A DNA stretch of 63,845 nucleotides. Source: Ylistrum balloti (lineage: Eukaryota). Positions 12,201-23,129 of this stretch are shown piece by piece. The DNA lies in contig NW_026782215.1 of NCBI RefSeq assembly GCF_031769215.1, positions 992,001 through 1,055,845 of the forward strand, given 5' to 3'. Every line of letters starts with the position of its first letter. The stretch's first letter is position 1. Made by a program: the position numbers and the translations under genes. Below the pieces are notes generated by a model. The model did no database searches and was not told the DNA's origin. It saw nothing but the letters and a program-made list of their open reading frames with translations.

Positions 12201-12354
12201 CGAAGTCGGCAGTTTCGAGGTATTTACACAGCACTAGCGCCGCATCCCAAACTACACAACCAACATCACCCACTTCTAACTGATGTATTTTAAGGATTTG
12301 GCCATTTTTCATTTCTAATTCACGAATGAATGTGTTTTCTATGGGCGCAGACAT
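9268..12354 (-). CDS. VCPKMT: VCP lysine methyltransferase (METTL21D), 218 aa, 4 exons
   Basis: Exons (minus) 12354-12116, 10628-10451, 9875-9756, 9387-9268 (657 nt, GT-AG). Motifs GDVGCVVWDAALVLCKYL, VVDVGAGTG (SAM motif I), VTDL, LQWGE, VLMADCIYYE, CYEQRTTGNKPELERKF and FRSDDI are characteristic of METTL21D. Confidence 0.96.
10122..10176 (-). ncRNA. Degenerate type I hammerhead ribozyme, copy B, sense within VCPKMT intron 2
   Basis: Minus strand: cttaGCATCA-CTGACAA-GTCC-tagaa-GGAC-AAAA-CaactG-TA|TGATGC-agtttaa. Stem I is perfect (GCATCA/TGATGC, 6 bp), stem II is perfect (GTCC/GGAC), and there is a 1-bp stem III and a GTA triplet (cleavage would be between 10135 and 10134). Core positions 8 and 12 are A instead of G. 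Confidence 0.8.
11280..11495 (+). mobile_element. Non-autonomous repeat of the pearl/CvA (Helentron-associated, HINE-like) type, 3' portion
   Basis: Ends with a decayed GACA microsatellite (ggacagacaaatgggcagaaag), then caactatatg, a stem-loop ctccagaaaatttctgtggag and tatgaaaa. This is the recalled 3' architecture of such bivalve elements. The left boundary is approximate. Confidence 0.5.
11640..11666 (+). mobile_element. CORE-like SINE fragment
   Basis: attgagtccttgggaaagacacttcag, homologous to 8441-8470 and 30085-30113. Confidence 0.6.
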
Positions 12355-12612
12355 ATTGAAAAGATCAACTTCCGGTTATGTATAGTCTGCACCATATATT
12401 CTTGTTTTAAAAATTGATAAAGGAATATTGAATGCAACATGAGTCACGATGATATATTGAAATTGAATACAGATTTATTATTCGTTTAATGAGTGTGAAT
12501 TTTTTATACATGATAGATATTTTGATTTTTGAATTTTTAGTTGATTTTCTGAAACTAACTATAGATATAAAAATGAGAGGGAAGTACAAAGCAAGTGGTT
12601 GATACTCTCAGC
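12355..12612. promoter_or_regulatory. Short bidirectional promoter region between VCPKMT and RDM1
   Basis: Only 258 nt separate the two divergent start codons. ETS-type motif ACTTCCGGTT at 12368-12377. Confidence 0.75.
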
Positions 12613-15600
12613 ATGTCAAGATTGGAACTAGAAATTTTAGAGTTCATTCGTCCAGAAGGAAATAATAAGAATTTATATATTACCGGTATACCATGGATGG
12701 AAGAAGCTGAGATAATAGTAAGATGTGTAGATGTTAAAAGATGCTTGGATTTATTTTGCTTTCAGTTTCACTTTCAAATACGTACGTACACGTTTGTATA
12801 TTGCATAATAAATGTAAGTTGTATTGTCGTTGTTACTGGGCCACAAGGCTTTTATCATTCTTAGAGATTTTATATTAGCCTATATATCTAATCTGATCTA
12901 CACTGGCACTAATTTCTGGCAATGAATAATCCAAGGAAACATCTATAATTAGCCATGAACTTTGTTAAATATCAGATACAAGTGTAATACATAAACAGAG
13001 GTCATAGGTCATTATTTGTTACAATTAACAAACATACATACATGTACAACTACTCCCACATTAAGAAAATCTAGTATACATATATGAATAGATACCGATG
13101 TAACAGAGGTCATTTATTTCAATCCCTCTGCTGGGTATCAAACCCAGAACCTAGAGTCCTACATTTACATTGTATCTATAAGGTTCATATCATAATATTT
13201 GTTATAAACATGAATGTATTGATGATTCTATTCGCAATGGATGAACCAGAAGTTTCTTGCTAGACATGAAATCAGGTGATTGGTGTAATTGTTTATCGGT
13301 AATATATACATATACTGACAGTCCTGAATACTGTCAAATAATTTTCACAAGTGCTTATATGTCACAATTGGTGCAATAACAACGCTAAAGATCAGACAAC
13401 TAGCAGTCCTTAAGTTACACATTTTAGGAGTAGATAACTACATTACAATGAGGCTAAACATAATGTATATTGTACCTGTATAATTCAGAATTCTCAAAAA
13501 TTTCAGATCATACATTATTGTCATTAAGTCTCTTAACATTTTTGTCTTTTGCATGTTTACAGGATAAGTTCTATCAGCTCTTTACAGTCTTTGGCCCTGT
13601 ATATGGTATACGTCTATGTCCAGCTAGCATAAAAATATCCCGACCCGTGTCTGAGCCAGACACTCCACCTTTCAATAGTCAAAAGAGGGAGGCACCGGCT
13701 GACAGTGACAAAGAAAAATCAACACCCCCTGATTATAACAAAGAACAAAATGGGTACTATGCTTTTGTGACATTTTATCTGGCAATGAGTGCTAAACGAG
13801 CAAAGGATGATTTAAATTGCCGTCTTGTTATTCAAGGGAATGAATGTAAGGTATGTACCTCTATTATACCAGTTTGTGACCCATGGATGCTACACATACT
13901 TACAGTATGACTGTTATTTTCTTAAGACTCTGTGCTGATCTTAAAAATAAAACACCAGGTAAATTTGAAGACGTTTTATTGAACATACAAATCTGTAGTG
14001 TGAAAGAAGCTGATGCAACATTTCTTGAGATGTTAGGTAAAAAAAGTACCTGCAAAGGATAATTGAATTTAAGTAGAATCTCTCTTTAAAACTCTTTTGC
14101 ACACTTTCTGTTCTTCCTGATAAGATTTCAATGTACTATGTTATGAAGTACAGAAGATGAATTAAAATTTGTGACCTACATGTGTAATTAGTCCCATTCT
14201 GGGAACCGGGGCAACATCGTTTTGCATTCTTTCTGTTTGTCATGTTGTGTTTCTTGTGTGGAGTGCAATCTCCTACACTAGTACTAACTTGAACTTTATT
14301 TTTTTAGAGTATGAGTTTACCTTGGTGAGGCAGTGTGCCATGTATTGTATATATAGGCCACTCTGACACACATTTTGACATTGGATTTAAATCAAGAAAA
14401 AAGGTTTTCCTTAATCTATCTTCTATACTATTGGTCACTTGAACTTTACACTTTGGGCAATGGTTCATCTGCTGTGCATTCTTGGTACATAATGTCATAC
14501 TCGGTGGGAAACAGTATAATTTATTGATTCTCTTGTTTTTTTATTTGGATGCTGCTTTAAACTCTCTTACTGTAACAAACACATAGATCATCATATGTAC
14601 TCAGTAAGCTTAAAATTACAAACTAATCAATTACAATGATCCTGTAATGGAGACCAGGGTGGTAACACATTACCAATGGCTTATTCAGAATGTAAAATTT
14701 TCATATTTGAAGGCTTCCCACAAAGTCTGTCTACACATGCTTAATATTATACATTGGTAACCGTACACTGTAATATTAGAGTGCATTTATGAAATGATTG
14801 TGTCATGTATCACTTATTCAATAATTTAACATTACATGTATATTCTAATATTGTGATATTCCAGATTTCCACAGCTAAGAGAAAGAAGGAGATGATTCGA
14901 GCATCTTTACACTTTACTAAGTGTCAGGAACTGGCAAACCACTACATAGGCTTCAACGGATGGTCTACTTCAGTCAAACTGGTACCGTAACATGCCAAAT
15001 GTGTTTGTTTTTATTGTTTTGACTTCAGTACTATAAAATTACTCAGATTTTGGAAATACTTTATTTCACAAAGTTTCCACTTCAGACATATGGATACTCA
15101 TAAGTACACGATTTCCCTAACACTGACTTAGAAATGACTTTAAGTTCACAAATGATATGCTATTAGATACCTGAACTCTTCAATACTGTGATATCTATTA
15201 CCAAGTCAACACGAATGCCATCCATTTTTGTAACATACAGCAAAAGGTTTGAATTCACATTTGGCTCTCCTCGCGTATTAACACAAAAATAAATCCCAGG
15301 TGAAATATACATGATTTACAGAAATTCCAAAACAGGTTTGAATCCCTTAAATTATTTCCATGATATAAAGTGCATTTAAACGACTAAAATACTTTAATTC
15401 AAGGTAAGAATTTAATCACACTAATTTTGTTATTAGAAAAAAAAACCTGCTTTTTACTTTTCCAAATTTAATGACATATAGTGGAACACCATTTTATATA
15501 ACATACCAGTATATAAAATAAATTCACATTAAACAGACATGATTTGGCAGTAGGAGAAAGAGCAAAGTGTTTTCAAATGATTTCACATGTCATCGTTTTA

Positions 15601-17143
15601 TAGACTGCATATTTGCATCAGTGTGTAGATGAATTCTGAAAATAAGGTCCAGCAACACAGAATAAGTATTAGATTGAAGCCAAACCATACTTGTCTGTCA
15701 CAAGAATTTATTCTTAGTACATGTTTAGAAGCATACCTCTTTTCCATTGCAGCTTGATAGTGACTCAGAGGAGCAAGATGGTGACTTGAAAAGGTTGAGG
15801 TTTATGTGTGTAGTAACACTCGACATTCCTGTACATGGTTTAAGTACAGCTGGTCTCGGGGCTTGGGAAGAGGCTTGTCTCACTACAGGTGATCTCATTA
15901 TGTAGGATGGTCCCTCCCTGTGCCATTTCATAACAACATGGAGTACTACATGTACAAGATAATCTTTAACCATGCCAAATACATTGTTTTACCTGAAGGA
16001 AAACAAAAAAAGGAAATGAAGAAACAATTATTGTCCTATGCACAATTTCATGTCTACTAAGTTTGAAAAGAAATCGGTGAAAAAAATGAGGGGATCTACA
16101 GACAAAAACCTTCAGTCAAAATGATTAAAAAGCAATAACCCTTCCAAAAACTGAGAGTGCCTCTGGGTAAAATAGTGCTTTAAATTTTGCTGATAAAGCA
16201 CAGCAAGTTATAAAGAGGTTAGTGAACAACTGACAGAACAAGTCTGCAGGAAGATTAAAGTACTGAAGAGAAACAAATGGCAAGAAATAATGATAAAAAA
16301 CTTTTGTAAAATAATGTTACCAGAGTTACCTCCCTTCCACATTTTAACCGTCTGTCATATGTATCTTCAGATCCCACAAGCAGGGCCAAGGCAGTCTGTA
16401 AGGCTAAGAAACTATCCTACCAGAGAGCTGTGGAAGATGCTTTCTCCAGGGTCCTTCTTATTGTTCTGAACAATGGCAAAGTTTCTGTAGAGATAGATAC
16501 CACTAGACCAGATGCCTTGCTGGCCCAAAAACAAGCCAATGCAGAATCTGTTTTAAAGGTATAGTAAAATTACATGTATTTGTAGGATGAAAAATAATGC
16601 ACACAGTTTTAAATCCACAATCTATAATCCATGATTACTTTTCATTGTAATCACTTCACCAATAATGTAGACCCAAATCCCAGGACACCCATAACCATTC
16701 ATACAACCGTATACACATTCCTTCACATCTGTCCATCAAAATAAGGCATTGGAACTAACTGCCAGCTAGAAGTTGATATGTTTCAATGTAACCTTGTATT
16801 TTCTTTTCACTGACAAGATTTATTTGTCTAAGAAGAAATCCAAACATGGAAGTAACTGTGACACACATTTTTCTGTTCGCATATTTAGTTGAAAGTGTGA
16901 GAGTGACTGAATTTAAGTTATAAAACCTTCTCCAATGCTGACTTAAAAGCCAAAAGCATTTGGTGTTGATATCTTATATTATGCTTTGCTAAACCTTAAT
17001 TTGTAATGGACATATTAATTATCATACAGGTTAATGAATTAGACGAGGAACCAAAGGAAGAACAAGACAATATATCTTTTGATATGGACAATATTGATGA
17101 CATCAACCTTCATATTCTTCATCAGTTGGAAGACGAGATGTAA
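12613..17143 (+). CDS. RDM1: RAD52 motif-containing protein 1, 315 aa, 6 exons
   Basis: Exons 12613-12717, 13563-13850, 14865-14981, 15753-15888, 16371-16558, 17030-17143 (948 nt, GT-AG, phases consistent). RRM (LYITGIP; FTVFGPVYGIRL; GYYAFVTFY), Rad52-like RD motif KCQELANHYIGFNGWS, then AVEDAFSRVLLIVLNNGKV and an acidic tail. Confidence 0.93.
14188..14537 (-). mobile_element. HINE/MITE-like repeat in RDM1 intron 2
   Basis: Ends in tcttgtt (AACAAGA on the minus strand, the terminus shared by the elements at 21224, 24845 and 61308). The opposite end is ttagtccc...ggggc followed by a decayed GTCT tract. Boundaries are approximate. Confidence 0.4.
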
Positions 17144-17535
17144 ATCAGGTCAAGGCATTCTTGAATCAGCTTTTGTCATGGAGTTATGGAGAAAGAACTA
17201 CAACCATTCTTTAAAATAAGATGTGAACCAAAGGTGACTTTAAATAAGTCATTGTCAACAACCAGCATGATTTCCTTGATTTCACTGAAATTCCTCCACA
17301 GTGAAAGAGTTGAAGTCACTTGATTGATTACAACCAATGCCAATATCATGCAAGTTATTTATGTCCAATGAAGATCAAAATTACTTATCAAGTCTGCAAA
17401 TACAAATTATGATGGGGCACCTCAACTCAACTGTTCATTGTTATCTATTTTTTGTTAAATTTTCATTAATCATTTGAAAATGTTATCAATGGCTTTACAT
17501 TTGTAAATTTTCAATACCTTTGTATTTAATATTTC

Positions 17536-17541
17536 AATAAA
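17536..17541 (+). terminator. Probable polyadenylation signal of RDM1
   Basis: AATAAA followed by GU-rich tgtttgtgg. It lies 46 nt before the minisatellite. Confidence 0.55.
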
Positions 17542-17586
17542 TATTTTGCATTTTCATGTTTGTGGAGTTGACGATTTATCATACTG

Positions 17587-19594
17587 CATCCACATGTAGT
17601 TCTTGTCACCTACAGTGTACATCCACATGTAGTTCTTGTCACCTATAGTGTACATCCACATGTAGTTCTTGTCACCTATAGTGTACATCCACATATAGTT
17701 CTTGTCACCTAGTGTACATCCACATGTAGTTCTTGTCACCTATAGCGTATATCCACATGTAGTTCTTGTCACCTATAGTGTACATCCACATGTAGTTCTT
17801 GTCACCTATAGTGTACATCCACATGTAGTTCTTGTCACCTATAGTGTACATCCACACATAGTTCTTGTCACCTAGTGTACATCCACATGTAGTTCTTGTC
17901 ACCTATAGTGTACATCCACATGTAGTTCTTGTCATCTAGTGTACATCCACATGTAGTTCTTATCACCTTTAGTGTACATCCACATGCAGTTCTTGTCACC
18001 CAAAAGTGTACATCCACATGTAGTTTTTGTCATCTATAGTGTACATCCACATGTAGTTCTTGTCACCTTTAGTGTACATCCACATGTAGTGTACATCCAC
18101 ATGTAGTTCTTGTCATCTAGTGTACATCCACATGTAGTTCTTGTCACCTTTAGTGTACATCCACATGTAGTTCTTGTCACCTATAGTGTACATCCACACA
18201 TAGATCTTGTCACCTTTAGTGTACATCCACATGTAGTTCTTGTCATCTAGTGTACATCCACATGTAGTTCTTGTCACCTAAAGTGTACATCCACATGTAG
18301 TTCTTTTGTCATCTATAGTGTACATCCACATGCAGTTCTTGTCACCTATAGTGTACATCTACACATAGTTCTTGTCACCTAGTGTGAATCCACATGTAGT
18401 TCTTGTCACCTTTAGTGTACATCCACATGTAGTTCTTGTCACCTATAGTGTACATCCACATGTAGTTCTTGTTGCCTATAGTGTACATCCACATGTAGTT
18501 CTTGTCATCTAGTGTACATCCACATGTAGTTCTTGTCACCTAGTGTGCATCCACATGTAGTTCTTGTCATCTAGTGTACATCCACATGTAGTTCTTGTCA
18601 CCTAAAGTGTACATCCACACATAGATCTTGTCACCTAGTGTACATTCACATGTAGTTCTTGTCATCTAGTGTACATCCACATGTAGTTCTTGTCACCTAA
18701 AGTGTACATCCACATGTAGTTCTTGTCATCTAGTGTACATCCACATGTAGTTCTTGTCACCTAGTGTACATCCACATGTAGTTCTTGTCATCTAGTGTAC
18801 ATCCACATGTAGTTCTTGTCACCTAAAGTGTACATCCACATGCAGTTCTTGTCACCTTTAGTGTACATCCACACATAGATCTTGTCACCTAGTGTACATC
18901 GACATGTAGTTCTTGTCATCTAGTGTACATCCACATGTAGTTCTTGTCATCTAGTGTACATCCACATGTAGTTCTTATCATCTAGTGTGCATCCATATGT
19001 AGTTCTTGTCATCTAGTTTGCATCCACATGTAGTTCTTGTCACCTATAGTGTACATCTACACATAGTTCTTGTCACCTAGTGTGAATCCACATGTAGTTC
19101 TTGTCACCTATGGTGTACATCCACATGTAGTTCTTGTCACCTAGTGTACATCCACATGTAGTTCTTGTCACCTATAGTTTACATCCACATGTAGTTCTTA
19201 TTTCCTATAGTTTCCATCCACATGTAGTTCTTGTCACCTAGTGTGCATCCACATGTAGTTCTTGTCACCTAGTGTGCATCCACATGTAGTTCTTGTCACC
19301 TATAGTGTACATCCACACATAGTTCTTGTCACCTAGTGTGCATCCACATGTAGTTCTTGTCACCTATAGTGTACATCCACATTTAGTTCTTGTCATCTAG
19401 TGTACTTCCACATGTAGTTCTTGTCATCTAGTGTACATCCACATGTAGTTCTTGTCATCTAGTGTACATCCATATGTAGTTCTTGTCATCTAGTGTGCAT
19501 CCACATGTAGTTCTTGTCACCTATAGTGTACATCCACATGTAGTTCTTGTCATCTAGTGTACATCCACACATAGTTCTTGTCACCTATAATGTA
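17587..19594. repeat. Minisatellite, ~60-63 head-to-tail units of 33 bp (CATCCACATGTAGTTCTTGTCACCTATAGTGTA) and 31 bp (...TCA[C/T]CTAGTGTA)
   Basis: Directly visible. The repeated GDKNYMWMYTI ORFs (11 aa = 33 nt) are its by-product. There are no unique spacers. Confidence 0.98.
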
Positions 19595-20058
19595 TGAGTC
19601 GCATCCACAACCATTTGTAGTTCTTGTGACCTGAAAGGGGTACAGAAACTGATCACTGGACACAGCTTTCATCCATCAGCTTTTCTTTTAACAACTTCTT
19701 CTGAAGAACCAGTTAGTGAAGGATTATGATATTTGGCAAAGTAAAGTTCTAGTCAGGAGTAATATTTTGCCAAAAGGTTTCTTGGATGAAGCCAGATTCA
19801 TCTTTGATCAAAAAGCATTTTGTCAAAAAAATAGCTTTGAGCAATATTCAGTATTAAAGGAATAAAATTTATGAAGAAAACAAAATTACTTCTGAATGAA
19901 CAAGACATATCATGATACTATATAACAGGTTCATTTCACAAGCAACAAATTTCCTGATTTGGTGTCACAATTAAAATAATAGATTTCAGTTGTGTTATGA
20001 TTTGTATAATGTAAGTCATTCTCAAATGAAATTTTGGTTATTTTTGGTTATTAGATAA

Positions 20059-20215
20059 ATGCCATGCCATCTTCAGAGGAAAATCAAAGGCTGGTAAAAA
20101 ATGCCATTATACCAAATTTGCTGAAAGTTCACTGTGATGAAGACTGAAAAGTCTGCAAAGCTTGACACTTTTTCAGTATCATGGGTCACATTTGTTAAAC
20201 AAAATGGCATGGCAT
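20059..20215. repeat. 157-bp segment bounded by a perfect 12-bp inverted repeat (ATGCCATGCCAT / ATGGCATGGCAT); possible MITE
   Basis: Arms at 20059-20070 and 20204-20215. No clean TSD seen. Confidence 0.45.
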
Positions 20216-21223
20216 GATTTGACCAGGATTTTTTTTTATAAACAAGATTCCAGCGGGAACTGTGCACCCACCATCACAGGACTTTTAAGTTGGAATGTTT
20301 CCCTTCTTATCTCTTGTTTTTGATCCCCACAAAAATCAAATATGCAAAATAGAGAACCAAGAGGTGCCAACTGATAAAATCTGCAAAGGATCCATCCAGA
20401 AATTTTCAAGAAATTGCAGTAACAAACTCTAACAGCCAAAATCCTAGGAGGCTGTCTTTCATCTATTTTGTTTTTTCTGATTAGCCACAAAATTGTCAAA
20501 TCATCAATGCAAAATTAAGGTTCATGGATTCCATACATATGAAATTTGAGAATTACACAGCTAAAACTTTATCAAGAAATAACAATAGAAAACTTAAAAC
20601 TGACAAAATTTTGACTGAATATTCAAATGTTAACGTACAGATTTCAGTTTGTAACTTATGAGAATCATGAATGTTAAGAAAAATAAATGCTTTTCTTATA
20701 TCATCAGAAAAGTATTCAAAATTAATGAAACAGGTAGTTCAAAGTTTGGTGAAAAGATGAAATGGCCCAAAAATTCCTTCTAATTTAACAAAATATGTTA
20801 TTCTTTGTTTTGATATTTATATTTGGAAATATTTGTAAATCTATGATTCCTGCTGTTACAGAAGTTCATTCATAGTTTTATGTCATCAGTAAATTTCCAA
20901 ATTTATGTACAAAAAAATGATGCAACACCTTTTTGTAACAAAAATAGATTTAATGAGCACTTCACATTTGTAATAAAATCCACTCCCAAGCACATACAAG
21001 AAATGTACATCAAATATTTCATTTACACATTATCACACATGTTAGTATGGCATTCTGATTTCAAACAATTTATTCCACCATGTTTCATACTATATAATAT
21101 AATTTAAATGTACCTGGTTATAACATTTTATACCAAAACGACATCAATATTTTACCACTTCTATTTTAATTTTCCTAAAACATGTGACTTCTCTATGTAT
21201 GATTTCTTTAAAAATGAAAAACA

Positions 21224-22015
21224 AACAAAAGACCCAAGGACCTTAACAGTCACCTAAGTTCTAAACTGTTGCTGTTGGTCCTGTAATATATATAATACGA
21301 ATAATTTCAATTCTGCTTGTAAAGTAAGATGCTTATGTAAGTAAGTGTATAATATTAACTGACATCCCATGATAAAGATGCTAATTTAGAATGAATTACC
21401 GGGTAAAATAATTTATGCTGAAAACTGCAGTTTTCCTATGTAAACTACAGGTATACTACATTTTACCTCCTTCCCAGGGGGAAATATGAGACCCCATCCA
21501 ATTCCCAACTTTGCTACAGCACCTTTAGATCTATGAAGAAACATCTGATTCTACCATAAAGATTAAATTAATTTGACCCCTTTTGGCCTCACCTATTAGC
21601 CCTTGGGGGTCAGCCAGTATTAGATTGTGCATACCATCAACTTGTCTTCCTTTATTGATCATTTCAACCCAGTTTGAAAATATTTGGAATGGAAATAAAA
21701 TATATTATGCTAAATAATGTAATTTTCCTTTTTTCACAATTTTATACCTAAAACACGTTTGGACCCTTCCATCTATGAAGGGCATTTGATTCTACCATAC
21801 CTGGGCATTGAGAAGAAGATTTTTTAAATCTGAGACAAAATGACTCTTTTGCCCACCATTTACATGTAATTCACAAATCTGGTCCTCCTTTAGCCATGGA
21901 AAGTTTCTGCAAAGTTTCATTGAAAATGAAAGAAAAATGATAAAAGTAAAAGACAAATGATGACAAAAGGCAATTGCAATAGGTCACCATAAGACTTTGT
22001 CCATGTCAACTAAAA
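21224..22015 (+). mobile_element. HINE/MITE-like non-autonomous element
   Basis: Starts aacaaaagacccaaggaccttaacagtcacctaag (recalled consensus AACAAGAGGCCC...TCACCTG) and ends gcaataggtcaccataagactttgtccatgtcaactaaaa. Confidence 0.55.
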
Positions 22016-23129
22016 TGTGCACATTCTTTGAGTTGATTGGAAGTCAAAATCTATACGAGTCAGAATTGAAATTTTTGTCGTATATTTTGTTTACTTATAT
22101 TATCATAATTATTATACAATACATGTTTCCCAATGAAGAAAGCACTGCAAATTTGCTTGAAGAAAATTTACGATTGCTGTAATAAATATGAAACTTGCAT
22201 GAAATAAAACAATGAGATATATTAGCACTATTAAGCAATGCACTGTGTAGCAGCAAGAATGCCTTCAAATCTCAAACAAAATGATATCATTTGGGGATTG
22301 GCATTCCCATATAAGATGGTAAAAATCTGCTACACTTGCACTATTCAAATCTAATATTGGTACAATCCCAATTGTTTTAAATCATCACATCTTCTAAAAA
22401 AAAAATATAAATACACAACAAACAAAACAGGTTAATAACAAACTCTTGCATAATCATCAACATTCACTTCACAATTATCTTCACTGTTATTTACGATAAG
22501 GTAATCTATATATTCCTTTTCTTACCTCGATCATTTATACACACTAAATTATTCCATAATGAAATCAAAGAAATAAACTTAGTTCTCTAAAAGCAAATCT
22601 GGCCCAAGTTAAATTACAATTATGTACACAGTCAGAATTATTCTTATGTTCTATCAACATTTCAAATCTAAAAGTTTTTGAACATCACTTTATTACATTT
22701 CTGGAGCAGCCTTTTTTCATTTGGATTTCCTTTAAACCAAAGAAAACAAATATTAATGGCTTCCCATTTAATATCATATCATTTTTACCCATTACTCATG
22801 AAAAGTACCTATACTTTTCATGAGTGCAAAGCATGAATGAAATATAGATATTCTGTCATTCTTGTGAAATATGTATGATATTAAATGGGAAACTATCAAA
22901 TATCCTCTATATGTATTGGAAAGTAATAAGAATCACATAAAATGCATATTATATTTTCAGGTATGATTTCCAAATAGGCTTTGTATAGGATCAACATTTA
23001 AAATGACCCATATTTCAACTGTATTCAAACCCCATTAACAATTCTTGTTATAACAGATATATCATTAAGCTAATCACTTTTCCATTTTCATCTTTTTGAA
23101 AACCCAAATGTTAAAAAAAAAGGAATTTT

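Noticed and set aside
17554-17902. ORFs with GDKNYMWMYTI repeats; CRISPR-like appearance of the array
   Set aside because: These are translations of the minisatellite. Units are head-to-tail with no unique spacers, there are no cas genes, and the context is eukaryotic.
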